DNA of 64,000 nucleotides from Candidatus Omnitrophota bacterium (GCA_903944345.1 CAJARJ010000005.1:71890-135889), one strand, 5' to 3'; shown: positions 1-10,354, counted from the first letter of the stretch. Notes: generated by a model not told the origin, from the sequence alone. Numbers and translations are program-made.

Positions 1-110
1 TGAGAGGCGTATGCAAAGTTGAGGGAACCTTGGCAATCAGTTCAAGCCCGAGAAAAACAGAAAGCATGAACACAAAAAAGAGAAACATGATGTTTGTAGG
101 ATCAAGGGAC
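1..110 (-). CDS. pntAB: NAD(P) transhydrogenase subunit alpha part 2 (PntAB), partial; the gene runs past the window edge
   Basis: The reverse complement of 1-110 reads MSLDPTNIMFLFFVFMLSVFLGLELIAKVPSTLHTPL, the typical N-terminus of the small membrane alpha-2 subunit. Its ATG lies 9 nt after the pntAA stop. Confidence 0.6.
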
Positions 111-118
111 ATAAACCA

Positions 119-1240
119 TCAACCTTTCAGCCGTTCATTAACAATTTCGCCGGCGTGGGTAACCAGGCAGCCGCGGATAATTTCGTCATTCAGATCCAGA
201 TCAAAAGCTTTCTTCTCCTTGTTCCAGAAATGTTCGATAAAACTGGTGAAGTTGGAGGAAAGCATGTCGCTGGCATTCAGGGCAACCCGGCCGGGAAGAT
301 TTCCTAGTCCGATCAGGCGAACACCATCGGACACAAGTTCCTGATCCAGCTGGATGCCTTCAACATTGCCGCCGCTTTCGACCGCCATGTCAACAACAAC
401 ACTTCCGGGCTTCATTCGGGCAAGCATGTCGCGGGTCACAATAACAGGAGCCCGTCTTCCGAAAACCTGTGCGGTGGTAATCACAATGTCTGACTGGGCG
501 CAAACCTTGGCCATCGCTTCACGCTGCAGGGCCAACTGCTCCGGGGTAAGGGCCTGTGCATAACCGTCTTTAGTCTGCCCGGTCGTGCCAAGGTCAACCT
601 GAACAAAACGTGCTCCCAAAGATTCAACCTGTTCCTTGACAACAGGGCGAGTATCAAAAGCATCCACCCTGGCTCCCAGGCGTTTGGCGGTAGCAATCGC
701 CTGCAAACCGGCAACGCCTGCACCGATAATAAAAACACGAGCCGGAGAGATGGTTCCCGATGGGGTCATCATCATCGGCAATATCCGGTTGATTCTTTCA
801 GCGGCCAGAATAACGGCCACATAACCGGCCAGGCTGGCCTGGGAACTTAAAGCATCCATTTTCTGGGCCAGAGTTGTCCGGGGGATCATCTCCACGCTGA
901 TGGCCGAAATCTTTTTTTTGGCCATGGATGCGATCAGTTCAGACTCATTAAAGGGATTAAGAAAACTCAAATGCACCGCGTGTTGTTTGATTCCGGAAAT
1001 CTCCTCGAGAGAAGGCTTGCCAACGCGAACAATCAGGTCACTTTTTGTCAGCACTTCAACACGGGAGGCGAGCACGGCACCGGCACTCGCATACTGGCTG
1101 TCTTTTATGTTCAGTTCACTTCCGATCCCCTGTTCAACTAAAACCAGAGCACCCTTTTTAACCAGCTTATCTGTGCTGGCAGGGGTCAAGGGAATACGTT
1201 TCTCGCGTGAACCTGTTTCTTTAACTGCTCCGATGATCAC
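119..1240 (-). CDS. pntAA: NAD(P) transhydrogenase subunit alpha part 1 (alanine dehydrogenase/PNT fold)
   Basis: 387-aa ORF with an AlaDH/PNT N-domain and the NAD-binding GxGxxG motif (FIIGAGVAGLQAIATAKRLGARV). The track start at 1282 is a TTG. I prefer the GTG at 1240 (..IVIIGAVKETG), which has an AGGAGA Shine-Dalgarno about 8 nt upstream and aligns with the E. coli PntA N-terminus. Confidence 0.8.
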   Translation of the reverse strand: MIIGAVKETGSREKRIPLTPASTDKLVKKGALVLVEQGIGSELNIKDSQYASAGAVLASRVEVLTKSDLIVRVGKPSLEEISGIKQHAVHLSFLNPFNESELIASMAKKKISAISVEMIPRTTLAQKMDALSSQASLAGYVAVILAAERINRILPMMMTPSGTISPARVFIIGAGVAGLQAIATAKRLGARVDAFDTRPVVKEQVESLGARFVQVDLGTTGQTKDGYAQALTPEQLALQREAMAKVCAQSDIVITTAQVFGRRAPVIVTRDMLARMKPGSVVVDMAVESGGNVEGIQLDQELVSDGVRLIGLGNLPGRVALNASDMLSSNFTSFIEHFWNKEKKAFDLDLNDEIIRGCLVTHAGEIVNERLKG

Positions 1241-1420
1241 GATGTTGGTCTCCTGTAAACGCTTAAAAAGTATAGGATTCAAAGAATATATGCTTTTCTT
1301 AGGGTAACAGATTAGCCAAACCTGTCAAGTTAACACAAAACTTGCATAAACCTGGATGCTGGCCCGATTTCCACGACTCAGAGTGGCAGCGGCGCTTTCT
1401 TTAGGTTATTCTTTACATAA

Positions 1421-3997
1421 ATGAAAAGAATAATTGCAAGCCTATTGATCGTAACTTCTCTGCTGAATCCCCGCTCTGCGGCTTTTGGATCAGAGATTTT
1501 ATTGCCTGTCCCTGGCCAAATCACACAATTAAGCGCAGCCTTTGATCCTTTGCTTATTAAGGGGATTCAGGTTGACCCCCAGGATCCTTTCCGTTTTGAT
1601 TTTCTGATCGATCCGGGCAAGCAGCCTCTTATTGCCTATACCGTTAAAGCCGATATCGAAAGAATGGTCAGATACTTCTTTGCCAGTCTGACCATAGCTG
1701 ATAAGGATCTGTGGGTTAACCTCAGCCCGTTTGAAAAAGAACGTATCGTGTCCGATCCTCTGGAGCGAACTGTCATGGGACAGGATCTTCTGGCTCAGGA
1801 TTATATGCTTAAACAGATCACCTCTTCCTTGCTTTATCCCGAGAGCGATACAGGAAAAGAATTCTGGAAAAATGTCTACAGGCTGGCACAAGAAAAGTAC
1901 GGAACAACCGATGTGCCAATGGACACGTTCAACAAAGTCTGGATCATTCCGGACAAAGCGGTAATTGAAGTCAATGGCAATGTGGCCCTGATCGTCCAAA
2001 GCCATCTGAAGATTATGATGGAAACGGATTATCTGGCTTTGAAAGAAACTTCGAAAAAAGATATCCCTGACACCTCATCTCCCGATGCCACAGGGATCAG
2101 CCGCGAAATTACACGCAGAATCATTCTTCCTCTGCTGGAAAAAGAAATCAACGAAGGCAAGAACTTTGCCCGTTTACGCCAGATCTACCGGGCCATGATT
2201 ATGGCAACCTGGTTTAAACGCACCCTGCGCCAAAGCCTGCTGGGCAGAGAATACGCCGGTCAGAACAAACTGGTAGGAATAGAAAGCCTCGAAAAGAATG
2301 TTGCCGAAACCATATGGGAACGGTATGTCCAGTCTTTCAGAATGGGCGCATTTAATATGATCAAAGAAGAGTACGACCTTTATTCCGGAGAAATGATCCC
2401 CCGCAAATATTTCTCCGGCGGTTATCAGTATGATGCGTCCATGGTCGAAATTCTGACCGTACCTGCGCAGAACATCCTCCAGGCCCTTTCAACCCGCAGA
2501 TGGATCGCCGCACGGTTTGACGCCAGACCCGTGGGTAAACCTCAATCTATGGCCGAATATTTTCAATATGGTCGCTACAGCCGCCCATCCTCGAGTGGAA
2601 TGATCAGAAAAGTGGCCGGAGTTGCGGCATTGCTGGTCGCAGGCAGCCTCTGGCTTAATCCTCCTGTATGGAAGATAATTCAGTCCGAACAGGAAAGTAA
2701 TGCGTATACTCCGGTGTCTATATTCGACAAGCTTGACTTTACCAACAGTCGAACCTACACACATTACGGGATTCCATTTAAAGGGTTTAAACAGGATCCG
2801 GTCGATCTGGCATATCTTTTGCCGACGAAAGCATACAATTACGGGATCAAGGGGTTTTACTATCTTCTGCCTGAACAAGAGCAGGTTATCAAGAATGAAC
2901 TTGGCCCGTTTCACTTTATGGCGGGTGATCTTAATCTGCCTTTGTTACGTGCCTTTATCAAGGGCGAAAGGACAAGTGATATCTTTTTGCGTGAAAAGTT
3001 AGCGGAGGCTTCCGAGCAACCTGAAAGTTTATCCGAACAAGAATTCTACGCAATTTTCAATGATGTTCTAAAGATTCGCAATCTGTACTTTCTCCTCTCA
3101 GAATTTATTGATGAGAATTTTTTAGACGAAAACATTCGGCGATTAGTTGAACGAGCTTCAGCGGGCGAAAACCTTCTTAATGCTGTGGAGATTGAACGTC
3201 TGAACAGGGCCGTCCTGGAAGCGGCTTATCCTCAGGGAATAAGAAAAGTCCGCAATAGAGAACTGGGCGGAGTCTATTATGATAACCGGGTTGCCATCAC
3301 CTCGGTCAGCCCCAGAACTTTGACCCACGAAATTTTTCATCACTACTGGCAGAATTTCCTGACAGACGAAAAAAGAGAACGTTTTTCTTCCTTTTACCAG
3401 CGCCACCGGGACGTTTTCCGGGATATTCGCGACTCTCCAAACGAGGCATCGTACGCATACCATATCAATTCTCCCGAGGAAGGATTCACCGAGCTGGCCG
3501 CCACCTATGTGTCAAACCCGGTGCTGTTTACAGACTTTGCCCGACGCCATAAAGACGTCGGTGCGTGGGAGATCCTTGCGATGGTGGTCGGAGGTTTCTC
3601 TGATTATGACGACAAGACGCAGTCTGTCAATCTGAGGATTTATCGTAGTACCCACGGACAGAGGGCAGCAACATCCGGTAAGATCGAACCTGTCAATGTC
3701 AAGTTTCCTGCAAACAAGTTCAGCCTGGATAATGTATTGCGAAGCATGGAACAAATCAATTCGCCGGAATTTGACGCTCAATTCGATCAGCAACTATCCG
3801 CCCAACCAAAAAAAGATGAAACAAAAGGTGGTATTGACCTTGATTCCAGTCTTCTGGATATTGATGAGCTGGGGGAACAGATATCTTTCAGCGCCGCTGA
3901 CAGCCGCAACGTTGAACTGGATGGTATCCGCCCGGTCATTATCGGTGTCCGCTATCTGCAGGGCTTCAGAGCTATGACCGAATTCTTCCGGCACTAG
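1421..3997 (+). CDS. Secreted hypothetical protein, long paralogue of 30484..31893, with an HExxH motif in its unique C-terminal half
   Basis: Signal peptide MKRIIASLLIVTSLLNPRSAA. About 430 aa at the N-terminus are clearly homologous to the ORF at 30484 (FDPLLIKGIQVDP.., WVNLSPFEKERI, LLAQDYMLKQITSSLL, ..RQIYRAMIMATWFKRTLRQSLLG). The C-terminal roughly 430 aa are unique and contain LTHEIFHHYW. I could not assign a family. Confidence 0.7.
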   Translation: MKRIIASLLIVTSLLNPRSAAFGSEILLPVPGQITQLSAAFDPLLIKGIQVDPQDPFRFDFLIDPGKQPLIAYTVKADIERMVRYFFASLTIADKDLWVNLSPFEKERIVSDPLERTVMGQDLLAQDYMLKQITSSLLYPESDTGKEFWKNVYRLAQEKYGTTDVPMDTFNKVWIIPDKAVIEVNGNVALIVQSHLKIMMETDYLALKETSKKDIPDTSSPDATGISREITRRIILPLLEKEINEGKNFARLRQIYRAMIMATWFKRTLRQSLLGREYAGQNKLVGIESLEKNVAETIWERYVQSFRMGAFNMIKEEYDLYSGEMIPRKYFSGGYQYDASMVEILTVPAQNILQALSTRRWIAARFDARPVGKPQSMAEYFQYGRYSRPSSSGMIRKVAGVAALLVAGSLWLNPPVWKIIQSEQESNAYTPVSIFDKLDFTNSRTYTHYGIPFKGFKQDPVDLAYLLPTKAYNYGIKGFYYLLPEQEQVIKNELGPFHFMAGDLNLPLLRAFIKGERTSDIFLREKLAEASEQPESLSEQEFYAIFNDVLKIRNLYFLLSEFIDENFLDENIRRLVERASAGENLLNAVEIERLNRAVLEAAYPQGIRKVRNRELGGVYYDNRVAITSVSPRTLTHEIFHHYWQNFLTDEKRERFSSFYQRHRDVFRDIRDSPNEASYAYHINSPEEGFTELAATYVSNPVLFTDFARRHKDVGAWEILAMVVGGFSDYDDKTQSVNLRIYRSTHGQRAATSGKIEPVNVKFPANKFSLDNVLRSMEQINSPEFDAQFDQQLSAQPKKDETKGGIDLDSSLLDIDELGEQISFSAADSRNVELDGIRPVIIGVRYLQGFRAMTEFFRH

Positions 3998-4053
3998 CAA
4001 GAAAATCCACGATTATTCTTGCTCTGTGGTTCCCGTAAACATAAACTTGTTAC

Positions 4054-5130
4054 ATGATCATTCGGACATGTTCGGTTCAGCCTCTTCAGGCCCCGTTAAA
4101 AACGCCATTTCGCATCGCGAGCGGACAACACGACTCGCTTGACAACCTTCTTTTCCGGATCACTCTCGACAACAAGATCAGCGGTTATGGAGAAGCAGCC
4201 ATAGCAACCCATATTACCGGTGAAACGGTTCCCAAAACCCTGGCCGCGCTTAAAGAAACCGCTGCTGCTCTCAGCGGCGAAAGTATTGCCGACTATTTTT
4301 CCCTGATTGCCGGAATTAAAGAACGCCTGCACGACAATCATGCCGCGCTGGCCGCCGTAGAAATGGCCGTGCTCGACGCATTTACACGCACTTTCCGCGT
4401 TCCTTTATGGAGTCTTTTTGCCAACAAGCCAGCCTATCGTTTCCAGACAGATATTACAATTGTCATTGGTTCAATCGAAGAGGCGTACCAGGCGGCCGTT
4501 TCCTGGCACCGGCAAGGTTTCAGAACATTCAAAATCAAAATCGGAAAAGACAAATCTCTTGATACCCGACGGATACTGGCTGTACACCGGGCCGCTCCTA
4601 AGGCCGGAATTATCATTGATGCCAACCAGGCTTTTACCTCTACAGAAATACTCAAACTTCTGGCAGACCTCCGCCGGCAGAAAGTCTGTCCAATTCTTTT
4701 GGAACAACCGGTTGCACGAGCTGACACGGACGGTCTGCGCAGACTGACCCGCCTGGCCCGTATTCCTGTCTGCGCGGACGAGAGTGCCCGTTCACTGGAC
4801 GATGTAACCCGGCTTTTGCGCAGTAAAACCGTCAATGCCATCAATATCAAACTCATGAAATCCGGCCTCCTGGAATCGGCCCAGATTGCCCGCGTCACTC
4901 ATGCGTCCGGCGCTACACTGATGATTGGGGCCATGATGGAAAGCAGCCTGGCCATTACCGCGGCCGCGCATTTTGCCGCCGGGATGGGATGTTTCTCTTT
5001 TATCGATCTGGATACAACATTCTTTATCCGCGGCCCTTTGTCCCGTTCGCCCTATCTGGACAATCACGGACATTTTAATCTCTCAGGCTGTACACCCGGA
5101 ACAGGCGTTACAGTTCCAACCGCCCCATGA
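4054..5130 (+). CDS. L-Ala-D/L-Glu (dipeptide) epimerase, enolase superfamily (MR/MLE family)
   Basis: Enolase-superfamily motifs are present (FKIKIGKD, DANQAF, LEQP, CADES). The gene lies in the same operon as a YkfC-like NlpC/P60 peptidase, which matches the Bacillus ykfB context. Confidence 0.75.
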   Translation: MIIRTCSVQPLQAPLKTPFRIASGQHDSLDNLLFRITLDNKISGYGEAAIATHITGETVPKTLAALKETAAALSGESIADYFSLIAGIKERLHDNHAALAAVEMAVLDAFTRTFRVPLWSLFANKPAYRFQTDITIVIGSIEEAYQAAVSWHRQGFRTFKIKIGKDKSLDTRRILAVHRAAPKAGIIIDANQAFTSTEILKLLADLRRQKVCPILLEQPVARADTDGLRRLTRLARIPVCADESARSLDDVTRLLRSKTVNAINIKLMKSGLLESAQIARVTHASGATLMIGAMMESSLAITAAAHFAAGMGCFSFIDLDTTFFIRGPLSRSPYLDNHGHFNLSGCTPGTGVTVPTAP

Positions 5131-6296
5131 TCCAGCATCCTCTTGAACTCATTGCGATCCTGGCCATTATTGAACTGGCCATTCTCTGGAGCGCCAATCT
5201 CCCGGTTCTTTCCGGATTCTTTAATATTGTTTCGCCTATTTTCTTTATTTATTTTCTTCCCATGCTGGCATCAAGCCTCGGACTTATCGACCCGCAGTCT
5301 CCGGTTCTGAATCTCGTCACAACACATCTATTACCGCCCGCCTTGTTCCTGTTGCTGGTGACTGTGGACATCCGGGCTATCTTCCGTCTGGGTCCGCAGG
5401 CTCTTGGCATTTTCTTTATAGGCAGCGCTGGTGTTCTGGCCGGGACTGTGTTGGCTTTTCTTGCTTTCAAACCGGTCATCGGAGCACATTATTGGGGAGG
5501 ATTTGCGGCATTATCTGCCTCTTGGACAGGCGGCAGTGCCAACATGATCGCTGTCAAGGAAGCCTTGTCAGTTCCCGACCAGATTTTTTCTCCCATGGTT
5601 GTCGTTGATACCATCATCCCTTACCTCTGGATGGGAATACTCATCGCCGCAGCGCGTCTGCAGCCCGTATTCAACCGCTGGAATTGTCCCGATACCGCTA
5701 TCCTCACAGCCTTGCGCCGCAAAACCTCATCAGTCTCGAATGAAAAGCCGCAGTGGACTTTTGCAGGGACTCTTTTGGTCATTGTCTGTGCTTTTCTTGC
5801 CAGCGAATTGACCATTTATGCGTCCGCATTCTTACCCGTGATAAAAAATGTCCTTTCCAGATCCGCCTGGAGTGTTATCCTGATTACCGTAACAGCGCTT
5901 GGACTGTCGCTGACTCCGGTCAGACGGTTGCACAGATACGGGGCAGGCCAGATTGGTTCCTGGATGCTGTATTTTGTCCTTGCCGGTATTGGCGCCAAAG
6001 CAACCTTGACCGATTTCAAGTCATCGATAGTCCTTCTGGCGGCCGGGGGGATTATAATCCTGACCCATCTGATTTTTTTGCTGACCGGAGCAAGGCTGTT
6101 ACGTCTTCCTTTATCCCTGGTGGCCGCAGCCAGCCAGGCCAATATAGGAGGCGTTGCCTCTGCACCGGTCGTAGCTGCCGTGTTTGATCCGTCTCTGGCC
6201 TCTGTTGGCTTGCTGATGGCGATTACAGGAAATATCCTGGGCACTTATCTGGGGGGACTATGCGCTTTCTTCTGCCATTCTTTGTCTTTACTATAA
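5127..6296 (+). CDS. Multi-pass membrane protein (DUF819/YjcL-like)
   Basis: 389 aa and highly hydrophobic with many predicted transmembrane helices. Its ATG overlaps the epimerase stop (ATGA), so it is translationally coupled inside the murein-peptide cluster. Confidence 0.6.
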   Translation: MIQHPLELIAILAIIELAILWSANLPVLSGFFNIVSPIFFIYFLPMLASSLGLIDPQSPVLNLVTTHLLPPALFLLLVTVDIRAIFRLGPQALGIFFIGSAGVLAGTVLAFLAFKPVIGAHYWGGFAALSASWTGGSANMIAVKEALSVPDQIFSPMVVVDTIIPYLWMGILIAAARLQPVFNRWNCPDTAILTALRRKTSSVSNEKPQWTFAGTLLVIVCAFLASELTIYASAFLPVIKNVLSRSAWSVILITVTALGLSLTPVRRLHRYGAGQIGSWMLYFVLAGIGAKATLTDFKSSIVLLAAGGIIILTHLIFLLTGARLLRLPLSLVAAASQANIGGVASAPVVAAVFDPSLASVGLLMAITGNILGTYLGGLCAFFCHSLSLL

Positions 6297-7609
6297 TATT
6301 AATTTCATTTGCGGCGGCATCCGGGGAAAATCTTCATTTAGCCGCTCCGCAGATCCTCTCCGGGGTCACCGGCGACATGACCACGCCTGGATACTGGATC
6401 GCCAAGCATCCGGCTCCCGACGCCTTGATAATGAACGAACGCCAGATTGCTGCTTTTAACCAGAATTCAATCAAACAAGGCCTGATCGAAGATTTCCGCG
6501 AGCCTCCCGAAATCATGCCGGGCAACAAGATTTCTGCTTTATTGCAGGCAATTGGCGATGACTTCAAAAAGCATACCTATTACAACAGTAAGAGCGAAAC
6601 GGTCGATCCTGCTTTTATTACCGGATTCGACCGGGAATCGGCCGCAATAAGCGAAAAGGTTGCCGTCCGTTACGGATATATTGTGCGTAACACTGACCAG
6701 CGCCTTTTGCCGACGGCAGACGCACTTTATCTGCAACCCGGCGATTTCGACTTCGACCAGAACCAGAACAGCCGTCTTGCAATTGGTGAGCCTGTTCTGG
6801 TTCTGGCCCGAAGCCGCGATCATGACTGGCTCTTTGTCAAAGGACGCATTTCGCAAGGCTGGGTCAGGACTGATGCGGTAGCCACCATGTCCAGGGATTT
6901 TTTTCTTTCCCGCGCAAATACCAAACGCACACTGGTGGTTCTTTCTGCCCGGGCGGATCTTTTTGGAGACCGAAAACTGACACAACATTTAACGTCCGTT
7001 CGCATGGGGAGTCTGCTTGCGTTCAAGCAGGTTCATCCAGATGCCTGGGAGGTCGAGATTCCGACACGTAATACTGACGGAACAGTGGCCTTTTCGCCGG
7101 CATTCCTGGCCAAAACTGATGCTAATACCGGATTTCTCCCGTTTACCCCGCGCACTATCTTCCGGCAAGCCTTCCGCCTGCTGGATGCGCCTTATGGCTG
7201 GGGAGACGCCAATGAAGCGCAAGACTGTTCCCGATTCATCCAGATGGTCTATGCTTGTGTAGGTATTACACTGCCAAGGAATTCTTCTGAACAAGGCAAA
7301 ACCGCAAATGCTATCCCGGGCTTCACCCAGGATACCCCCGACAATACCAAACAGGCACTGATCCTTGAGCATGCCACAGGCGGGGCAACCCTGTTTCTTC
7401 TGCCGGGACATATCATGCTCTATCTGGGCTACAGCGCTGGGCAGCCCTATGTGATCCATGCAACCTGGGCGTACCGGGACAAAACAGAAACTGGCGAAGA
7501 CCGGGTCAGGCTGGTCGCGAAAGTTACAATAAGTGATCTGAGCCTGGGAACCGGATCGGCAAAAGGATCATTACTCCAACGACTCTCATCTGCCAGAAAC
7601 TTGAAATAA
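6260..7609 (+). CDS. Secreted gamma-D-glutamyl-L-diamino-acid endopeptidase-like protein (SH3b domains plus NlpC/P60, YkfC-like)
   Basis: Signal peptide MRFLLPFFVFTIILISFAAASG. The C-terminal NlpC/P60 domain has the catalytic Cys motif DCSRFIQMVYACVGITLPRNSSEQ and His (GHIMLYLGY). The middle region is SH3-like. Confidence 0.8.
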   Translation: MRFLLPFFVFTIILISFAAASGENLHLAAPQILSGVTGDMTTPGYWIAKHPAPDALIMNERQIAAFNQNSIKQGLIEDFREPPEIMPGNKISALLQAIGDDFKKHTYYNSKSETVDPAFITGFDRESAAISEKVAVRYGYIVRNTDQRLLPTADALYLQPGDFDFDQNQNSRLAIGEPVLVLARSRDHDWLFVKGRISQGWVRTDAVATMSRDFFLSRANTKRTLVVLSARADLFGDRKLTQHLTSVRMGSLLAFKQVHPDAWEVEIPTRNTDGTVAFSPAFLAKTDANTGFLPFTPRTIFRQAFRLLDAPYGWGDANEAQDCSRFIQMVYACVGITLPRNSSEQGKTANAIPGFTQDTPDNTKQALILEHATGGATLFLLPGHIMLYLGYSAGQPYVIHATWAYRDKTETGEDRVRLVAKVTISDLSLGTGSAKGSLLQRLSSARNLK

Positions 7610-7636
7610 AAAGGTCCTCAAAAAATCATGCCCCGG

Positions 7637-7666
7637 CTTGACAGTTTTTACTGAACGGGTGTATAT
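7637..7666 (+). promoter_or_regulatory. Putative sigma70 promoter of the rseC-like-rnf operon
   Basis: TTGACA (7637-7642), an 18-bp spacer, then TATATT (7661-7666), about 45 bp upstream of the rseC-like start. Confidence 0.4.
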
Positions 7667-7710
7667 TCGTTCTTCGGTTATTGTCAATTGTCCGGTGGGG
7701 GTGGCAAACT

Positions 7711-8121
7711 ATGCCTGATATTGATCACCCCGGAACTGTCTTGGATATTAAAAACGGGGAAGTAACGGTCAAGATTACCCGTGCATCACCGTGTGGAAAC
7801 TGTCAGGCTCGTATGGCTTGTGGCAGTGAAGCCGAAGACAGTATCCTGAAAATCCGTGGTTTTTATCCGGAACTAAAGCCCGGAGACACTGTCAGTGTCC
7901 ATATTTGTCGCTCAACCGGCATGAAGGCAGTTCTTATCGGTTATATTCTGCCTTTTTTAGTCTTTTTAAGTAGCTTCTTTTTATTTCAGTTTCTTTTCAA
8001 GCACGAAGATCTTGCGGGACTATTCGGGCTTCTTATGCTGGGACCATATTTTCTGATTATCCGGCTTCTGCGCAAACAGTTAGCCGACAAGTTTTCACTA
8101 ACTTTAACGAGAACACCATGA
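7711..8121 (+). CDS. RseC/MucC family protein (SoxR-reducing system component-like)
   Basis: Conserved Cys cluster (CGNCQARMACG) followed by two transmembrane helices, immediately upstream of rnfB and overlapping it. The track start 7681 is a TTG. I prefer the ATG at 7711 (MPDIDHPG..) with a G-rich Shine-Dalgarno. Confidence 0.6.
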   Translation: MPDIDHPGTVLDIKNGEVTVKITRASPCGNCQARMACGSEAEDSILKIRGFYPELKPGDTVSVHICRSTGMKAVLIGYILPFLVFLSSFFLFQFLFKHEDLAGLFGLLMLGPYFLIIRLLRKQLADKFSLTLTRTP

Positions 8122-8978
8122 ACCCCGTTATTTTATATACACTTCTGACCGCAGGACTGATAGCCGCTTTTGCTGCTATAGTGCTTTTTTTTATTGCCCG
8201 CAAATTTCATGTTCAGGAAGATCCCCGTATTGATGAGGTTACCAACGCTTTACCGGGAGTTAATTGCGGGGGATGCGGCCAGCCCGGCTGTCGCGCCTTT
8301 GCCGAATTATGTGTCAAGTCGCCCGATATGGAAGGTTTGTTCTGCCCGGTCGGTGGTAACGATACCATGGCTAATGTTGCTAATCTCCTGGGACGAACTG
8401 TCCAGGCCAAGGCTCCGGTAGTTGCTGTGCTGCGCTGTAACGGAAGCCTGACCAACCGGCCCAAACACAGCCGTTATGACGGCCCGCAGTCCTGCGCTGT
8501 TATTCACGCTCTTAGTCGTGGAGAAACCGGCTGTCAATATGGCTGCTTATGGTGCGGAGACTGTGTTAAAGCCTGCAAATTTGGTGCAATGACGCTGGAT
8601 AAAGAATCCGGACTTCCAATAATTGACGAGGCCAGGTGTGTGGCTTGCGGAGCCTGTGTAACGGCGTGTCCACGCCAGCTCATCCAGATGAGGCTCAAAG
8701 GCCCCAAAAATCGCAGGGTCTTCGTTTCCTGTGTGAATAAAGAAAAAGGCAATGTGGCCATGAAAGCCTGTCGCGCAGCCTGTATCGGCTGTTCCAAATG
8801 CCTGAAAGAATGTCCTTTCGAAGCCATCACCCTACAGGATTCACTGGCTTATATCGACGATCAGAAATGTAAAATATGCCGTAAATGTGTATTGGTCTGC
8901 CCTACAGGGGCAATACATGAAGTCAATTTCCCTCCGAAACCAAAGACAGCAGAGACCTCAACAACCACAGGTACATAA
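8118..8978 (+). CDS. rnfB: Rnf electron transport complex subunit B (polyferredoxin)
   Basis: N-terminal transmembrane helix, NCGGCGQPGCRAF, then multiple CxxCxxCxxxCP 4Fe-4S motifs. Confidence 0.9.
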   Translation: MNPVILYTLLTAGLIAAFAAIVLFFIARKFHVQEDPRIDEVTNALPGVNCGGCGQPGCRAFAELCVKSPDMEGLFCPVGGNDTMANVANLLGRTVQAKAPVVAVLRCNGSLTNRPKHSRYDGPQSCAVIHALSRGETGCQYGCLWCGDCVKACKFGAMTLDKESGLPIIDEARCVACGACVTACPRQLIQMRLKGPKNRRVFVSCVNKEKGNVAMKACRAACIGCSKCLKECPFEAITLQDSLAYIDDQKCKICRKCVLVCPTGAIHEVNFPPKPKTAETSTTTGT

Positions 8979-8986
8979 ATATTTTT

Positions 8987-10354
8987 ATGGGTTCAACTCC
9001 GGCTAACATCAAAGCTTTGTCGTTTCCACAGGGAGGCATTCATCCGCCCGACTCGAAACTGTCTAGCGAGCGGGCTGTACGCCCCATAACACTTCCTGCC
9101 AGCATCGTTTTGCCGCTGGGACAACATATCGGGGCGCCTTCAAAGCCATTGGTCAAACCCGGTGATAAAGTCAAAACCGGTCAACTGTTGGCCGAGGCTG
9201 CAGGTTTTGTGTCTGCCAACCTGCATTCCTCCGTGTCAGGGACTGTCAGCAAAATTGACGGAGTTATCGATGTGTCCGGATATAAAAAACCGGCCATCTT
9301 TATAGATGTCCAAGGCGACGATTGGCTGGACTCGATTGACCGGACACCCGGAATCCTTGCGGATATTTCCATATCTTCCAAAGACATCCTCCAGCGCATT
9401 ACCGATGCCGGACTAGTCGGTCTGGGCGGGGCGACTTTCCCAACTCATGTCAAACTCGCAGTCCCGCCGGGCAAAAAACCTCCGCAGATTTTGCTGATCA
9501 ATGGTGTCGAATGCGAACCCTATCTGACTTCCGATCACCGTTTGATGCTTGAGCACCCGCAGGAAATCATGATCGGCATCCGGCTGCTTATGAAGGCCAC
9601 CGGAGTTTCACGCGCCATTCTTGGTATCGAAACCAATAAAATGGATGCTATCAAACTTCTAACTCGCTACTGCGATCCGAAAGAAGGCATTCAGGTCCAG
9701 GCACTGAAAATGCAATATCCCCAGGGAGGGGAGCGTCAGCTGGTCAAGGCGCTTATCGGAAAGGAAATTCCGCCACCCCCCAGAGGTCTGCCCATCGACG
9801 TCGGAGCTGTAGTCATAAATGTTGCGACTGTTTTTGCTGTTTACGAGGCCGTACAAAAACGCAAACCTTTGATTGAACGGATCGTAACCGTGACCGGAAA
9901 ATCGCTCAAAGACCCGGGGAACTTCAGAACACGCTTTGGAGTGACTTTTGATCATCTGGCCGCACTGGCCGGGGGAGTACCGGACGACACCGGGAAAGTT
10001 ACTGCCGGCGGCCCGATGATGGGCCGGGCCTTTGTTGACCTTAGCGCACCTGTCACCAAAGGGACTTCAGGCATAGTCTTTTATCCTAAAGATCAATCCC
10101 TTCGTGAAACTCTGACCAATTGTATCCGTTGCGGAAAATGTGTCGAAGTCTGCCCTCTGGGACTCGAACCCTATCTGGTCGCAGCTCTGGCCGAGCAGGG
10201 GAATTGGACTCGCGCCGAGGAGGAAAAACTGACCAACTGCTGTGAGTGCAGTTGCTGTGCCTATATCTGTCCGGCCAACAGGCCGCTGGTCGATTTTATT
10301 AAACTCGGGAAAAGCCGTATCCTGGATATAATGAAGAAAAGACAAAAAGTATGA
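8987..10354 (+). CDS. rnfC: Rnf complex subunit C
   Basis: 455 aa. NADH/FMN-binding region GLGGATFPTHVKL and C-terminal 2x[4Fe-4S] motifs (CIRCGKCVEVCP, CCECSCCAYICP). Confidence 0.9.
   Translation: MGSTPANIKALSFPQGGIHPPDSKLSSERAVRPITLPASIVLPLGQHIGAPSKPLVKPGDKVKTGQLLAEAAGFVSANLHSSVSGTVSKIDGVIDVSGYKKPAIFIDVQGDDWLDSIDRTPGILADISISSKDILQRITDAGLVGLGGATFPTHVKLAVPPGKKPPQILLINGVECEPYLTSDHRLMLEHPQEIMIGIRLLMKATGVSRAILGIETNKMDAIKLLTRYCDPKEGIQVQALKMQYPQGGERQLVKALIGKEIPPPPRGLPIDVGAVVINVATVFAVYEAVQKRKPLIERIVTVTGKSLKDPGNFRTRFGVTFDHLAALAGGVPDDTGKVTAGGPMMGRAFVDLSAPVTKGTSGIVFYPKDQSLRETLTNCIRCGKCVEVCPLGLEPYLVAALAEQGNWTRAEEEKLTNCCECSCCAYICPANRPLVDFIKLGKSRILDIMKKRQKV

Noticed and set aside
30-824. Plus-strand ORFs 30..344, 354..563 and 636..824 overlapping pntAA
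   Set aside because: They lie antisense inside a well-supported pntAA gene, have no ribosome-binding sites and have low-complexity translations. They are shadow ORFs.
3270-3320. HExxH motif (HEIFH) in the long secreted paralogue as proof of a metalloprotease
   Set aside because: The motif alone is short, and no third zinc ligand could be positioned confidently. I kept it as an observation but not as a functional call.
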